Positions 36,697-45,470 of a stretch of DNA of 45,470 bases are shown here, in pieces. Source of the DNA: Candidatus Methylomirabilales bacterium. GTDB lineage: Bacteria; Methylomirabilota; Methylomirabilia; Methylomirabilales; CSP1-5. Each line of letters starts with the position of its first letter. Position 1 is the first letter of the stretch. The position numbers and the translations under genes are program-made. Below the pieces are notes generated by a model, which saw only the letters and a list, made by a program, of their open reading frames with translations, searched no databases and was not told the origin of the DNA. Where the stretch lies: contig JBHIAH010000016.1 of NCBI GenBank assembly GCA_046758505.1, positions 1-45,470 of the forward strand. The letters are read 5' to 3'.

Positions 36697-36703
36697 GTGG
36701 GGC

Positions 36704-37570
36704 ATGGCTCCGGTGCACTTCCCCCCAGCAGACCAGCACCCCGTCGTGGTGACGCCGTCGCGCCGATGGCTTTCGTTGGCGATCGCGGCCGCCGTCGCGA
36801 TGGTTGTCTGGTGGAGCGCCCGGGGAGCCGAGGTCGACCTGATGCTCCTCCTCTGGGAGGGCCCCCGAGCGATCCTGGACTACAGCCTCAGGCTCTTCCC
36901 CCCGGATCTGAGCGGTGGCTTCCTCACGGAAACGGTCATGGGGACACTGGAAACGCTGGCGATCTCCATCATGGGCAGCCTGCTTTCCATGGTGGTGGCG
37001 GCCAGTCTCGTCTTCTTCGCCAGCGCAAATCTGATGTTCGCCGGCGTCCTGTTCGAGCGCGAGGAAACCGGCCGCCTCCGGCGTGGAGTCCGACGTTCGA
37101 TCTTCCTTGCGGCACGAAGCCTCTTGAACCTTCTCCGAACCATCCCGGAGATCGTATGGGCGACGGTCTTCGTGTTCGCGGTGGGGCTTGGCCCCTTCCC
37201 AGGGGTGTTGGCGTTGGGGGTCCACAATGGCGGGGTTCTCGGGAAGCTGTTCGGCGAGGTCTTGGAGAATGTGGACAGGCGTCCCGTCGAGGCCCTGCAG
37301 GCGACCGGAGCCAACCGGTTCCAAATCCTCCTCTATGGGATACTTCCCCAAGCGCTTCCCCAGTTCCTGTCCTACTCGCTCTACCGGTGGGAGGTAAACG
37401 TTAGGGCGGCGGCGATCCTCGGCCTGGTAGGGGCCGGCGGGCTGGGCCAGCAGATCCACATCGCGATCAGCCTCTTCCTCGAGCATCAGCTCCTCACGCT
37501 CCTCCTGGCCATCTATCTCCTCGTGACGCTGGTCGATTATCTCAGCGCGTACCTCCGAAGCCTTCTTTGA
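36704..37570 (+). CDS. PhnE-like ABC permease 2
   Basis: RTIPEIVWA, EALQATGA and LGLVGAGGLG. Confidence 0.93.
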   Translation: MAPVHFPPADQHPVVVTPSRRWLSLAIAAAVAMVVWWSARGAEVDLMLLLWEGPRAILDYSLRLFPPDLSGGFLTETVMGTLETLAISIMGSLLSMVVAASLVFFASANLMFAGVLFEREETGRLRRGVRRSIFLAARSLLNLLRTIPEIVWATVFVFAVGLGPFPGVLALGVHNGGVLGKLFGEVLENVDRRPVEALQATGANRFQILLYGILPQALPQFLSYSLYRWEVNVRAAAILGLVGAGGLGQQIHIAISLFLEHQLLTLLLAIYLLVTLVDYLSAYLRSLL

Positions 37571-37595
37571 TAATCCAGGTAGGCATGGCTGTCCT

Positions 37596-37612
37596 CTGGC
37601 ATACTCTGTGCA
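37596..37612 (+). promoter_or_regulatory. Sigma-54 promoter
   Basis: CTGGCATACTCTGTGCA, GG-N10-GC. Confidence 0.65.
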
Positions 37613-37951
37613 CCCGCTGACCGATGCGGACGGCGACCGGCTGGACGAGAGGGTAGCCGAGGGGTAGGGGGGTGTGCTACCCTATGCCGTCGGCATACCG
37701 AAGCGCGACGGGGACGGAAGCTTCGGCGGCCTCAGGGCTGTCCCTCCCTCCGAACCCTCCGGACGGTCTGTGGGCTCGATCAGTGCAGGGGTGGAAAGGT
37801 GTCCCGCGGGTGTGTCAGCACCAAGGGTCGGGGATCAAATGTCTCGACCATCGGGTGTTGAACGCCGAGCCCGCAGGGGAAGAGGGGTCGGGGAGGACGT
37901 GAACCCGGGCCGCGACTGCCCCCATGAGCGTGGAAGGAGCGGAGAAATCTC

Positions 37952-38740
37952 ATGCCACTGGCACTTCTCGTTGACGCCGATCCAGACAGCGGTGTTCGGC
38001 TTCAAAGGGCCCTGGAAGCCGTGGGCTACGAGGTCGCGGTGGCTCCCAGCGGTACGGATGCCCTTGCGCGGGTAAAGCAGCAGCGTCCGGACCTGATCAT
38101 CAGCCAGGTCATGTTCGAGGACATGTATGGCTCCGAGCTGTGCTCGATGGTCCGGGCGGACCCCACCACCAAAGAAATTATGTTTATCCTCCTGGTCGAT
38201 CGGGGCTCGCAGATGGCACTCGCTGCGAGCCAGACCGAGGCGGACATGATCCTCCCCGAAAACTCACCCCCCTCAACGATCGTGACGCGCGTGGACACGC
38301 ATTTGCGGCTCCGCGGCGTTACAACCGCGTCGCCCCCGCGAGGCAGAGTTCAGGACGCGGCCCGGAAGACGCCAACGGAGGAAGGGGCAGCCACGCTTCA
38401 GGGTTCGTTGGCGGTTATGGACCTGACGGAGGTGACCCAGGCTGTCTCGATCGGCAGGAAGACGGGGCGGCTCATGCTCTCCTTACCGGCCGGCGAGGGG
38501 GTCATCCTGTTTGAGTCTGGTCGGGTTGTGCACGCCGAGTTCGGAGGACAGGCGGGAGAGGGGGCGTTTGGCGCGCTCGTGATGGCTTCACATCGGGAGC
38601 GGGGGGGGACCTTCTCGTTCAATCCCGTCGAGGCTGGGGAAGCATCAAAGCTCTCGAAGAGCATTGACAAGGACTTGGAGACTCTCCTCCTCAATATCGC
38701 CGTAGAGATCGACGAGAGCGAGAAGGGAACGGGGAACTGA
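37952..38740 (+). CDS. Atypical receiver domain plus DUF4388 (PatA-N-like) protein
   Basis: Receiver fold with PDLIISQ; C-terminal LQGSL..DL....Q......KTGRL...G.I.F..G.VVHA pattern. Confidence 0.8.
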   Translation: MPLALLVDADPDSGVRLQRALEAVGYEVAVAPSGTDALARVKQQRPDLIISQVMFEDMYGSELCSMVRADPTTKEIMFILLVDRGSQMALAASQTEADMILPENSPPSTIVTRVDTHLRLRGVTTASPPRGRVQDAARKTPTEEGAATLQGSLAVMDLTEVTQAVSIGRKTGRLMLSLPAGEGVILFESGRVVHAEFGGQAGEGAFGALVMASHRERGGTFSFNPVEAGEASKLSKSIDKDLETLLLNIAVEIDESEKGTGN

Positions 38741-39036
38741 AGGAAAGGCTTGGAGAGGGGGGTCGCACAGGTCCTTCGTTCGTGCCTTGGCAGAGCGAGG
38801 GCGCCCCTTTATAATTTTTTCTGTCGATGTTCACCTTGACGACCTCGTGCTCCCCGGGTACCATCCGTCGCGTACCTCGGTATTGTAAGACCTGCGCTGG
38901 CCCCGTTGGCTCCGTCCGGGGCCCTGCTGACGGGGGGCGGGTCGTGAGATGACCCCGGTCCTGCCTGCGGCGTCAGTCGTGCCGACTGATGCCTGTGCCC
39001 ACGCGCACAACAGACCGCAGATTTACGGAGGAAGAC

Positions 39037-40212
39037 ATGCGGGTACCTTTGGCGTTCCTGTTCGCGTGGGCGCTCGCCCTCGCAGGTTGCGTCGGCCCTG
39101 TGGCGCTCCACGAGGCGGTACTGGGGTATGACGAAACCATCAGCCGCTTGGAAAGTGAGCTGCTGCTCCTCAACATCGCCCGCGCCCACCACAACCTGCC
39201 GGACCATTTCACCGTGACATCGGCCATCGCGGCGACCTTTGACTACCGGGCCAACGTCGGCTTCGTGGGAAACTTCGTTAATGCGGGCGGCGACTCCTAT
39301 AGTTTCACGCTCGGGGCAAGCGTTGCGGAGAACCCTACGCTCAGCATCGTCCCCGTCCAAGGGGAGGAGTTCACCAAGCGCATCTTGAGTCCGATGGATG
39401 AGGGGAAGTTCGAGTTCCTGGTTTTCCAGGGTGCGCCCCTCGACATGGTCCTCCGCCTCATGGCGGATGGGATCGAGTTGCAGAATCGCAACGGGGCCTT
39501 TGAGCGGTTCATCCTGAACTGGCCAACGGCCCCCAAGGAATACGAAGAGTTTCGCCGGCGGGCTCTCCATCTCCGTTGGCTCAATCGCACCCGAAACCTT
39601 TTCGTCGGACCGGTCACCTTCGAGGAGGCGATCCGGGCGAAACTCCCGGTGCCACCCTCGGCCGGCGAGCTGGTCCAGGCCCTCGAGCGGGGGTATCGCT
39701 GGCGACGGCTCGGTGCGGAGACCGAGTACGAGCTCAGCAAGACCGTGACGGGCCGCGTCGCCGTGACCAACTATGACCCGCGCATGCTCAGCAACGCTGA
39801 GCGTCGGGCACTGAACGCTCGCGCCGCCGCAAACCCACCGAATTTCGTCCTCGTGGATATTCGCCCGGGCTACCCGGGCGGGGACTTTCCCTTATCCGGG
39901 GCGATCAAGCTCCGAAGCCTCAACGTCATCCTCGCCTTTGTGGCCGGCGGAATTGGGCGGAGTCGGGAGTATGATGTGGGGAAAGATCCACGCACCGAGA
40001 CAGTTGGCCGGAATCCAGCGCGGGCCCTGGCGGTCGAGGTGAGCGACATCCCGCCGGCGGACACGATGCTGCGCACCGCGTACGCGGGACAATACTACTG
40101 GGTCCCGAATACCCCGTGGGACCGTGAGGCTTTCGTCCTGCTCTCCAAGCTTTTCCAGATGACCGTGACGGATGTCTCCAGGGTCGGGGTTCCCGTCACG
40201 ATCAGCAAGTAG
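39037..40212 (+). CDS. Hypothetical lipoprotein
   Basis: GGAGG RBS, lipobox LAGC, long open frame with LLLNIARA motif. Confidence 0.8.
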   Translation: MRVPLAFLFAWALALAGCVGPVALHEAVLGYDETISRLESELLLLNIARAHHNLPDHFTVTSAIAATFDYRANVGFVGNFVNAGGDSYSFTLGASVAENPTLSIVPVQGEEFTKRILSPMDEGKFEFLVFQGAPLDMVLRLMADGIELQNRNGAFERFILNWPTAPKEYEEFRRRALHLRWLNRTRNLFVGPVTFEEAIRAKLPVPPSAGELVQALERGYRWRRLGAETEYELSKTVTGRVAVTNYDPRMLSNAERRALNARAAANPPNFVLVDIRPGYPGGDFPLSGAIKLRSLNVILAFVAGGIGRSREYDVGKDPRTETVGRNPARALAVEVSDIPPADTMLRTAYAGQYYWVPNTPWDREAFVLLSKLFQMTVTDVSRVGVPVTISK

Positions 40213-40374
40213 GCGTCGGCGACTTTATCTCCCCCCTGACTCGGACTCGGGCAGAGGTTTCGAGCCCCGGCAGGTGTATAGGTGGCGAGATATCTCGGGC
40301 TGCCCGGCGGTGGCTGCCCTCTTCAGGATCTGGCCCGTGGCCGGCAATGTGCATCAAAGGCAATCCCTCTGGGG

Positions 40375-41181
40375 TTAGTCTTCCCGCAGAAGGTTCTCGA
40401 CCGCCTGGCGGAAGACCGGGAAGGGATGGGCGCCACTGATCAAGACCCCTTGAATCGTATTGTCCGATCTCGTTTTTCCCAGGAAAAAACCGGGAGTTCC
40501 TCGGATCCCAGCGGCTAACCCCTCCTCGAGGTTCTGTTGGACCTCGGCAGCGTGTGTGCCGTTCTTCAGGCAGGCATCAAAGGCTGTCGAATCCAAATCG
40601 AGCCTGCGCGCATATGCCTTGAGGTGCTCGACTTGCAGGGCCCGCTGATTTTGGAAGAGCAGGTCATGCATGTCCCAGTATCTGCCCTGATCTCCAGCAC
40701 AATGGGCCGCTTCGGCCGCTTTGCGCGCATGCGGGTGAATCCGATCGAGGGGGAAGTCCCGAAAGACGTAGCGGACCTTCCCCGTGTTGATGTATTCCGC
40801 CTTGAGGGCGGGGAGTGTGTCCCGGAAAAACCTCCCGCAGAAGGGACACTGATAATCCGAAAACTCGATCATGGTGATCGGCGCGTCCTTTTTCCCCGCG
40901 GTGGGATGGTCGGAGGTCCTCACCGTGGCCACGACGCGGGACGGTTGGTTTGGCCGGCGGCCGCGCTGTGAGAGGAGTTGCCGAATGAGCGTGAGCTCTT
41001 TTCGAACCACCCTCAGCTCGCTCTTGATTTTTTCAAGGTCAGCCTTGAGGGTTTCCAGCTCCGATGGGGGTGCTGGCTCTGACTGCGCGAAGGCTGTTGC
41101 CACCCCCTGCCGCATGTTGCCGGCCGCAATCATGGCCGGCAACAGAACTGCGATGAAAAAGACCCGGCGTATCGGCTTCAT
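40375..41181 (-). CDS. DsbA/thioredoxin-fold periplasmic oxidoreductase with a coiled-coil N-terminus
   Basis: EFSDYQCPFC, RDFPL, AAHCA and GTP cis-Pro loop. Confidence 0.92.
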   Translation of the reverse strand: MKPIRRVFFIAVLLPAMIAAGNMRQGVATAFAQSEPAPPSELETLKADLEKIKSELRVVRKELTLIRQLLSQRGRRPNQPSRVVATVRTSDHPTAGKKDAPITMIEFSDYQCPFCGRFFRDTLPALKAEYINTGKVRYVFRDFPLDRIHPHARKAAEAAHCAGDQGRYWDMHDLLFQNQRALQVEHLKAYARRLDLDSTAFDACLKNGTHAAEVQQNLEEGLAAGIRGTPGFFLGKTRSDNTIQGVLISGAHPFPVFRQAVENLLRED

Positions 41182-41637
41182 CCACACCCCCTTTCTCGCG
41201 GTTGGCTGCTCGGAGGTCCCGCATGCATGGGGGAACCCGTTACGGTCAAGGCCTTAGCCTGAAGGGAATGGCGACGGATTCGGAGAGGCCGGCGGAAGTC
41301 CAGGGCCGTCCCTCCCAATACATGCTCCATCCGGGCGGAGGACGAAGCGGGGAAGCCTCCCTGTGCAGGGAGCATCCCCACCTCACCGGGCTTCCCCGGA
41401 GGAGCCGGCTCCTTTTCGGTGTGCCGTTGCGTGTCCCGGAGGCGGGCGAGGGGCGCCCGCGGTCCTCTTTCCATTCCTGCCTCCCCTGAGTGGGGGTTCA
41501 GTATGCCCCGATGCCCAACCGGTGTCAAGGGACCCTGCGCTGTCGCTGGTGAACTTCCGTGGGATGATCCATACGCGGATGTCAGGGATGACGCACTGGT
41601 GACGTTTTTGGAGGTGCGCGGAAGCGGGACGCCGCGA

Positions 41638-41654
41638 CTGGCAGCATATTTGCA
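41638..41654 (+). promoter_or_regulatory. Sigma-54 promoter
   Basis: CTGGCAGCATATTTGCA, GG-N10-GC. Confidence 0.8.
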
Positions 41655-41769
41655 TAGAGTCCCACCCGTTCACGGGCAGTCGGCGTGCCGGGAGAAACCC
41701 AAAATCCAAGGCAGGGAGGCCTTCTGTCTCTCCTGCCCATGCCCTTCGGGGGCCAGGCGTGGTCGGGCT

Positions 41770-42141
41770 ATGATGAGGGCACATCGCAAACGAGGTGTGG
41801 ATAGGAACCTCCAGGACCGGAAGCCTCCGCGCTTTCGCATTTCCGGTGTCACAGCGGCCGTTACAACGCTCCAGGAGGCGGAGGTGCTGGATCTGAGCCT
41901 GGAGGGGGCGCTCGTGGAGCACCAAGGCGTGCTCCCATTGGGGAGTCCGTGCTTCCTCCAGCTGGGGACAGGCGGGGAAAGGTTGACCCTCCGGTGTCAA
42001 GTGGTACACAGCCGGGTGAGCCGGAGCGAGGTTGGCGGTGCCCTCTTCTATCAGACGGGGCTGGAATTCCTGGAGCTCTCCCGCCGGGCGGAAGAATCCC
42101 TCGGGGCTTTCATTCGCTCGTACGGGGCTGCTGAGGGGTAG
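41770..42141 (+). CDS. Single PilZ-domain protein
   Basis: RKPPR, DLSLEG and GLEF motifs; start inferred. Confidence 0.82.
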   Translation: MMRAHRKRGVDRNLQDRKPPRFRISGVTAAVTTLQEAEVLDLSLEGALVEHQGVLPLGSPCFLQLGTGGERLTLRCQVVHSRVSRSEVGGALFYQTGLEFLELSRRAEESLGAFIRSYGAAEG

Positions 42142-42168
42142 GGCGGCTTTCCAGGCATTTTTGGTGAC

Positions 42169-42185
42169 TTGGCATGTTTCATGCT
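42169..42185 (+). promoter_or_regulatory. Sigma-54 promoter
   Basis: TTGGCATGTTTCATGCT, GG-N10-GC. Confidence 0.8.
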
Positions 42186-42211
42186 CATTTGTTTAGGTTG
42201 GCCAACTCACA

Positions 42212-42847
42212 ATGCCGGTTTCCGGCTCTACGGGCGGTGCGCCCACATTAATCCTGGGCCGAACCGGTCTGGTGGATCCGCGTGCAACCGGCACGCATGA
42301 CCGGGGCGTTCTCGTGAGAAGAAAGAGAAAACGGCGGAAAAGGCGGTCAGAACCGCGGGCTGTTCCGCGAGAGGAGACCCCCGTGCGGCTCAGCGCCGAG
42401 CAGGAGGCGTCCCTCTTGGACGGTGAAGTTGCAACCCGGCGGCAATACGCCCGATTCGCCGTGGAGGGAAGAACCAAGGGACGGGTCATTGCCGTCTGCG
42501 ACGCGCTGATCCTCGACATCAGCATTGGGGGTTCTCTGATTGAGCATTCCCACGTGGTCCGGCCAGGTACCATCTCTTCCCTGGACCTTGACCTGCTGGG
42601 GAAGCGGGTGAGCGTCAGGTGCCGCGTGGCCCGTTCGATCGTCCACCGGTCGGAGGTGCAGCCCGATGGAGAGCGGGAGTTAATTTTCCACACCGGGCTC
42701 GAATTTCTCGAAACCTCTGATGAGACGCGCGGCCTGATCGGCGAGTACATTCAATCGATTGTCTGTGACGGGAGGAAACCTCAACAGGTACTTCCCGCGG
42801 CGTCCGATGAGCCCGATGCCCACGGTATCTCTGAGGATGCAAGGTAG
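42212..42847 (+). CDS. Single PilZ-domain protein with a basic N-terminal extension
   Basis: RQYAR, DISIGG and GLEF motifs; paralogue of the upstream PilZ; start uncertain. Confidence 0.85.
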   Translation: MPVSGSTGGAPTLILGRTGLVDPRATGTHDRGVLVRRKRKRRKRRSEPRAVPREETPVRLSAEQEASLLDGEVATRRQYARFAVEGRTKGRVIAVCDALILDISIGGSLIEHSHVVRPGTISSLDLDLLGKRVSVRCRVARSIVHRSEVQPDGERELIFHTGLEFLETSDETRGLIGEYIQSIVCDGRKPQQVLPAASDEPDAHGISEDAR

Positions 42848-43131
42848 GCAATCCCGATAAGGACCCCAGGGCTCACGCCATACTGTTCACCTCCCACCTT
42901 CTCGATAACCCGTGACACGGCCACGCAGCCGGCAATGCTGTCGATCGGATGGGTGATTCGGGCCGTGTAACGCATTGAAAGAAAATTAGTTTACCAGCGT
43001 GTTGGGTGTGGAAAAACGCTTCGCCATGCCGGCCCCCCCCGAACGCGCCGTAAGGCAGGCGACCACGATTTCAATAACGGTTGCAGGGAGAACTGACCAC
43101 CCTCCGTCGTTCTACGGGAAAGCGCGTACCA

Positions 43132-43166
43132 CGCAAAAATCCCTTGTAAAAGCGGGGGTTTGTGCG
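43132..43166 (-). terminator. Hairpin downstream of selC
   Basis: CGCAAAAATCCC...GGGGTTTGTGCG imperfect inverted repeat about 25 nt past the tRNA 3' end. Confidence 0.35.
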
Positions 43167-43190
43167 TTATACAGGGGGACGGGGGATAGC

Positions 43191-43285
43191 TGGCGGAGGC
43201 GTGTGGGAATCGAACCCACCGGCCCGCTTTTGGCGGGCCCACCGGTTTTGAAGACCGGGAGAGCCACCAGGCCCAATCCGCCTCC
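43191..43285 (-). tRNA. selC: tRNA-Sec (anticodon UCA)
   Basis: GGAGGCGG-AT-TGGGCC TGGT GGCTCT-C-CCGGT CTTCAAA ACCGG, long variable arm GGCCCGC/GCGGGCC, GTGGG TTCGATT CCCAC, ACGCCTCC-G-CCA; 95 nt, extended acceptor and D stems. Confidence 0.95.
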
Positions 43286-43306
43286 GTGTCAGCTCAAGAC
43301 ACCTTC

Positions 43307-43336
43307 AGTGTAGCAATCGCCGCCCCGCCTCCGCAA
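43307..43336 (-). promoter_or_regulatory. Possible selC promoter
   Basis: TTGCGG-18 nt (ending TGc)-TACACT. Confidence 0.45.
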
Positions 43337-43406
43337 GCCTCTTCGGGGTAGAGGAGTACCGGACAGGGGTGGCGACTGCAATTTCTGGCAGCCGGAGAGG
43401 GCACCA

Positions 43407-44414
43407 ATGGCGGGTCTGCGCGAGGAACGACGGCCGCGCGTCTTGGTGGTGGATGATCAAGAGGAAAACTTGGACCTCCTGGAGGCTTTTCTCGGTGTCC
43501 ACGACTTCGAGGTCGTCCGGGCCAGAGACGGTCAGGAGGCCCTGGCGGAAGTGGGCCACGACGCGCCTGACCTGATCCTCCTCGATACGCACATGCCCTC
43601 ACCCGACGGCTTTCAAGTCTGCAGGCAGCTCAAGCAAGATGAGGCGACCCGCCTGATCCCGATCATCATCCTGACGACCGCCGGAGAACTGGAGAGCCGG
43701 GTCCGCGGGATCGAGGCCGGGGCCGATGATTTCCTGACGAAACCCGTGCATCGGGTGGAGCTGGATGCCCGGGTTCGATCCCTCCTCCGACTCAAGCAGT
43801 TCACCGACGAACTCGAAAACGTCGAGACGGTTCTGGTCAGTTTAGCCCTGGCCGTCGAGGCCAAGGATCCTTCAACCCATGGGCACTGCGAACGGCTGGC
43901 GGATTACGCCGTACAGCTCGGGCAGCGGCTCAGCCTCCCCTCAGAGCTTCTGACGGCCCTCCGTCGCGCGGGGTATATGCATGATCTCGGCAAAATCTCT
44001 GTCCCCGAGGCCATCCTCCTCAAGTCCGGTCCCCTCACGCCCGAGGAGTGGCAGGTCATGCGGCTCCACCCGGTGGTCGGCGAGCGGATCTGCCAGCCCC
44101 TGCGATCGTTACGGCTGGTCCTCCCCATCATTCGCCACCACCACGAGCGGTGGGATGGCAGTGGGTATCCGGACGGTCTTGCAAGAGAGGCGATCCCTCT
44201 CACCGCCAGGATCCTGCAGATCGTGGACGTGTTCGATGCCCTGGTCGTGGACCGACCCTACCGGCGCGGCCTCTCCCCAGCCGCGGCCACCAAGATTCTC
44301 CAGGAGGAAGCCGGTCGTGGGTGGTACGACCCCAAGGTAGTGGCCGAATTTCTCGCGCTGCTCACGAGCGGGGGGGGGTCTTTCAAGACGGGGTCAACGG
44401 CCCTGGTGCGGTAG
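43407..44414 (+). CDS. Response regulator with HD-GYP c-di-GMP phosphodiesterase domain (RpfG-like)
   Basis: Receiver (VLVVDD, LILLD, TKP) plus [16 protein letters not shown] and DVFDAL..DRPYR. Confidence 0.95.
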   Translation: MAGLREERRPRVLVVDDQEENLDLLEAFLGVHDFEVVRARDGQEALAEVGHDAPDLILLDTHMPSPDGFQVCRQLKQDEATRLIPIIILTTAGELESRVRGIEAGADDFLTKPVHRVELDARVRSLLRLKQFTDELENVETVLVSLALAVEAKDPSTHGHCERLADYAVQLGQRLSLPSELLTALRRAGYMHDLGKISVPEAILLKSGPLTPEEWQVMRLHPVVGERICQPLRSLRLVLPIIRHHHERWDGSGYPDGLAREAIPLTARILQIVDVFDALVVDRPYRRGLSPAAATKILQEEAGRGWYDPKVVAEFLALLTSGGGSFKTGSTALVR

Positions 44415-45470
44415 CAGGGCCTCCTCAGGGAGGAGGGCGATCTCCGGTATTTCGTCTACGCTGCTGATAAACTTGAATTCGAGGCCCTGCCGGACCTCTT
44501 CCGGCGTATCTTCCAGATCTTTTGCATTCCGTTGGGGGAGAAGGACCCCCCTGAGGCCAGCCCGCTTGGCCGCCAGCGTCTTTTCCTTGATTCCGCCCAC
44601 CTGCAGGATCTGCCCCCGGAGAGTGATCTCCCCCGTCATTGCAATCCCACCCTGGACAGGCCGTCCCGTCACCAGGGAGAGGAGGGCCGTATACATGGTG
44701 ATCCCGGCGGACGGCCCGTCCTTGGGGATGGCTGCTGCGGGGACATGGATGTGGATGTCCTGTTTGAGGAAGAAATCTTCGGGGAGGCCCAGCTCCCGCG
44801 ACCGACTCCGGACGGCGCTCAAGGCCGCCTCTGCAGACTCTTTCATCACCGCCCCCAAATGCCCGGTCAGGATGAGATTCCCCTTTCCGGGCATCTTCGT
44901 GGCCTCCACGAAGATGATCTCGCCTCCGGTGGGCGTCCAGGCAAGCCCGATGGCTACCCCCGGTTGAGAGGTCCGTTCGGCCACCTCCGAGAAGAACTTG
45001 ACAGGGCCGAGAAGGGCGTGCAGGTCCTTCGGCGTGACGGTGGTGGGTTCGGTCCGCCCCTCGGACACCGCTTTGGCCACTGCCCGACAGATGGTGGCAA
45101 TCTCCCGCTCCAGGTTTCTAACCCCGGCCTCGCGGGTGTAGGAACTGATGATCTCTCGGAGGGTGTCGTCGGTAATAACGAGCTGCGCCGCCGTGAGGCC
45201 GTGCGCCTCGATTTCCTTTGGAATCAGATAGCGCTTGGCGATCTGGAGCTTCTCTGATTCGGTGTACCCCGGGAGCTCGAGGACCTCCATCCGGTCCCGC
45301 AGGGCCGGAGGGACGGGGTCCAGAATGTTGGCCGTGGTGATGAACATCACCCGGGACAGGTCGAAGGGGATCTCCAGGTAGTGGTCCGAAAAGCTCGTGT
45401 TCTGTTCTGGGTCCAACACCTCGAGCAACGCGGCGGACGGGTCCCCCCGGAAGTCGGCCCCGATCTTGTC
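44394..45470 (-). CDS. lon: Lon protease, C-terminal part (5' end outside the window)
   Basis: [32 protein letters not shown] and TGEITLRG...GGIKEK; convergent 21-nt overlap with the HD-GYP gene. Confidence 0.97.
   Translation of the reverse strand, partial: DKIGADFRGDPSAALLEVLDPEQNTSFSDHYLEIPFDLSRVMFITTANILDPVPPALRDRMEVLELPGYTESEKLQIAKRYLIPKEIEAHGLTAAQLVITDDTLREIISSYTREAGVRNLEREIATICRAVAKAVSEGRTEPTTVTPKDLHALLGPVKFFSEVAERTSQPGVAIGLAWTPTGGEIIFVEATKMPGKGNLILTGHLGAVMKESAEAALSAVRSRSRELGLPEDFFLKQDIHIHVPAAAIPKDGPSAGITMYTALLSLVTGRPVQGGIAMTGEITLRGQILQVGGIKEKTLAAKRAGLRGVLLPQRNAKDLEDTPEEVRQGLEFKFISSVDEIPEIALLPEEALLPHQGR

Noticed and set aside
34139..37570. Annotation as a phosphonate utilisation (phn) operon
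   Set aside because: No C-P lyase, ptxD or phnX genes nearby and no evident Pho box; the context points to selenium, though the substrate is unproven.
41178..41528. Minus-strand 116-aa ORF upstream of the DsbA-like gene
   Set aside because: Has a possible RBS but low-complexity Pro/Arg/Gly composition and no recognisable domain; not supportable.
37571..43190. Selenoprotein (in-frame UGA) genes near selC
   Set aside because: The DsbA-like protein has an ordinary CPFC motif and I found no convincing UGA-readthrough ORF by eye; a bSECIS search would be needed to exclude one.

Overview
GC-rich bacterial chromosomal window. The gene styles and PilZ expansion suggest a diderm such as Methylomirabilota/NC10 or a deltaproteobacteria-like lineage (inference only). 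The housekeeping backbone is: FBP aldolase/phosphatase (partial, missed by the ORF track), pal, glpX-hisS-aspS, phoH-HDIG-ybeY, era, glmU-glmS-CLC-pcrA, gatC-gatA-GGCT-gatB, tRNA-Sec and lon (partial). Two accessory signalling blocks interrupt it (about 10.1-18.5 kb and 37.6-43.2 kb). Main observations: (1) a candidate selenium module made of a SenB-like glycosyltransferase, a selenium-type LysR regulator and a putative selenate-type PhnCDE-like ABC transporter, with selC 5.6 kb away but no senA or selD in view; (2) an intact GlpX with a good promoter whose metal-binding and catalytic residues are systematically substituted (probable pseudo-enzyme), 2 kb from a bifunctional FBP aldolase/phosphatase; (3) five correctly spaced sigma-54 promoters, all upstream of PilZ or receiver genes, one with a tandem palindromic enhancer next to an NtrC-type activator; (4) heptamer repeat arrays at operon junctions, which form inverted repeats around a gene inserted in gatCAB and supply the gatB start codon; (5) two strongly base-paired non-coding elements between pcrA and gatC. 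All family assignments come from motif recognition by eye; no database search was run.
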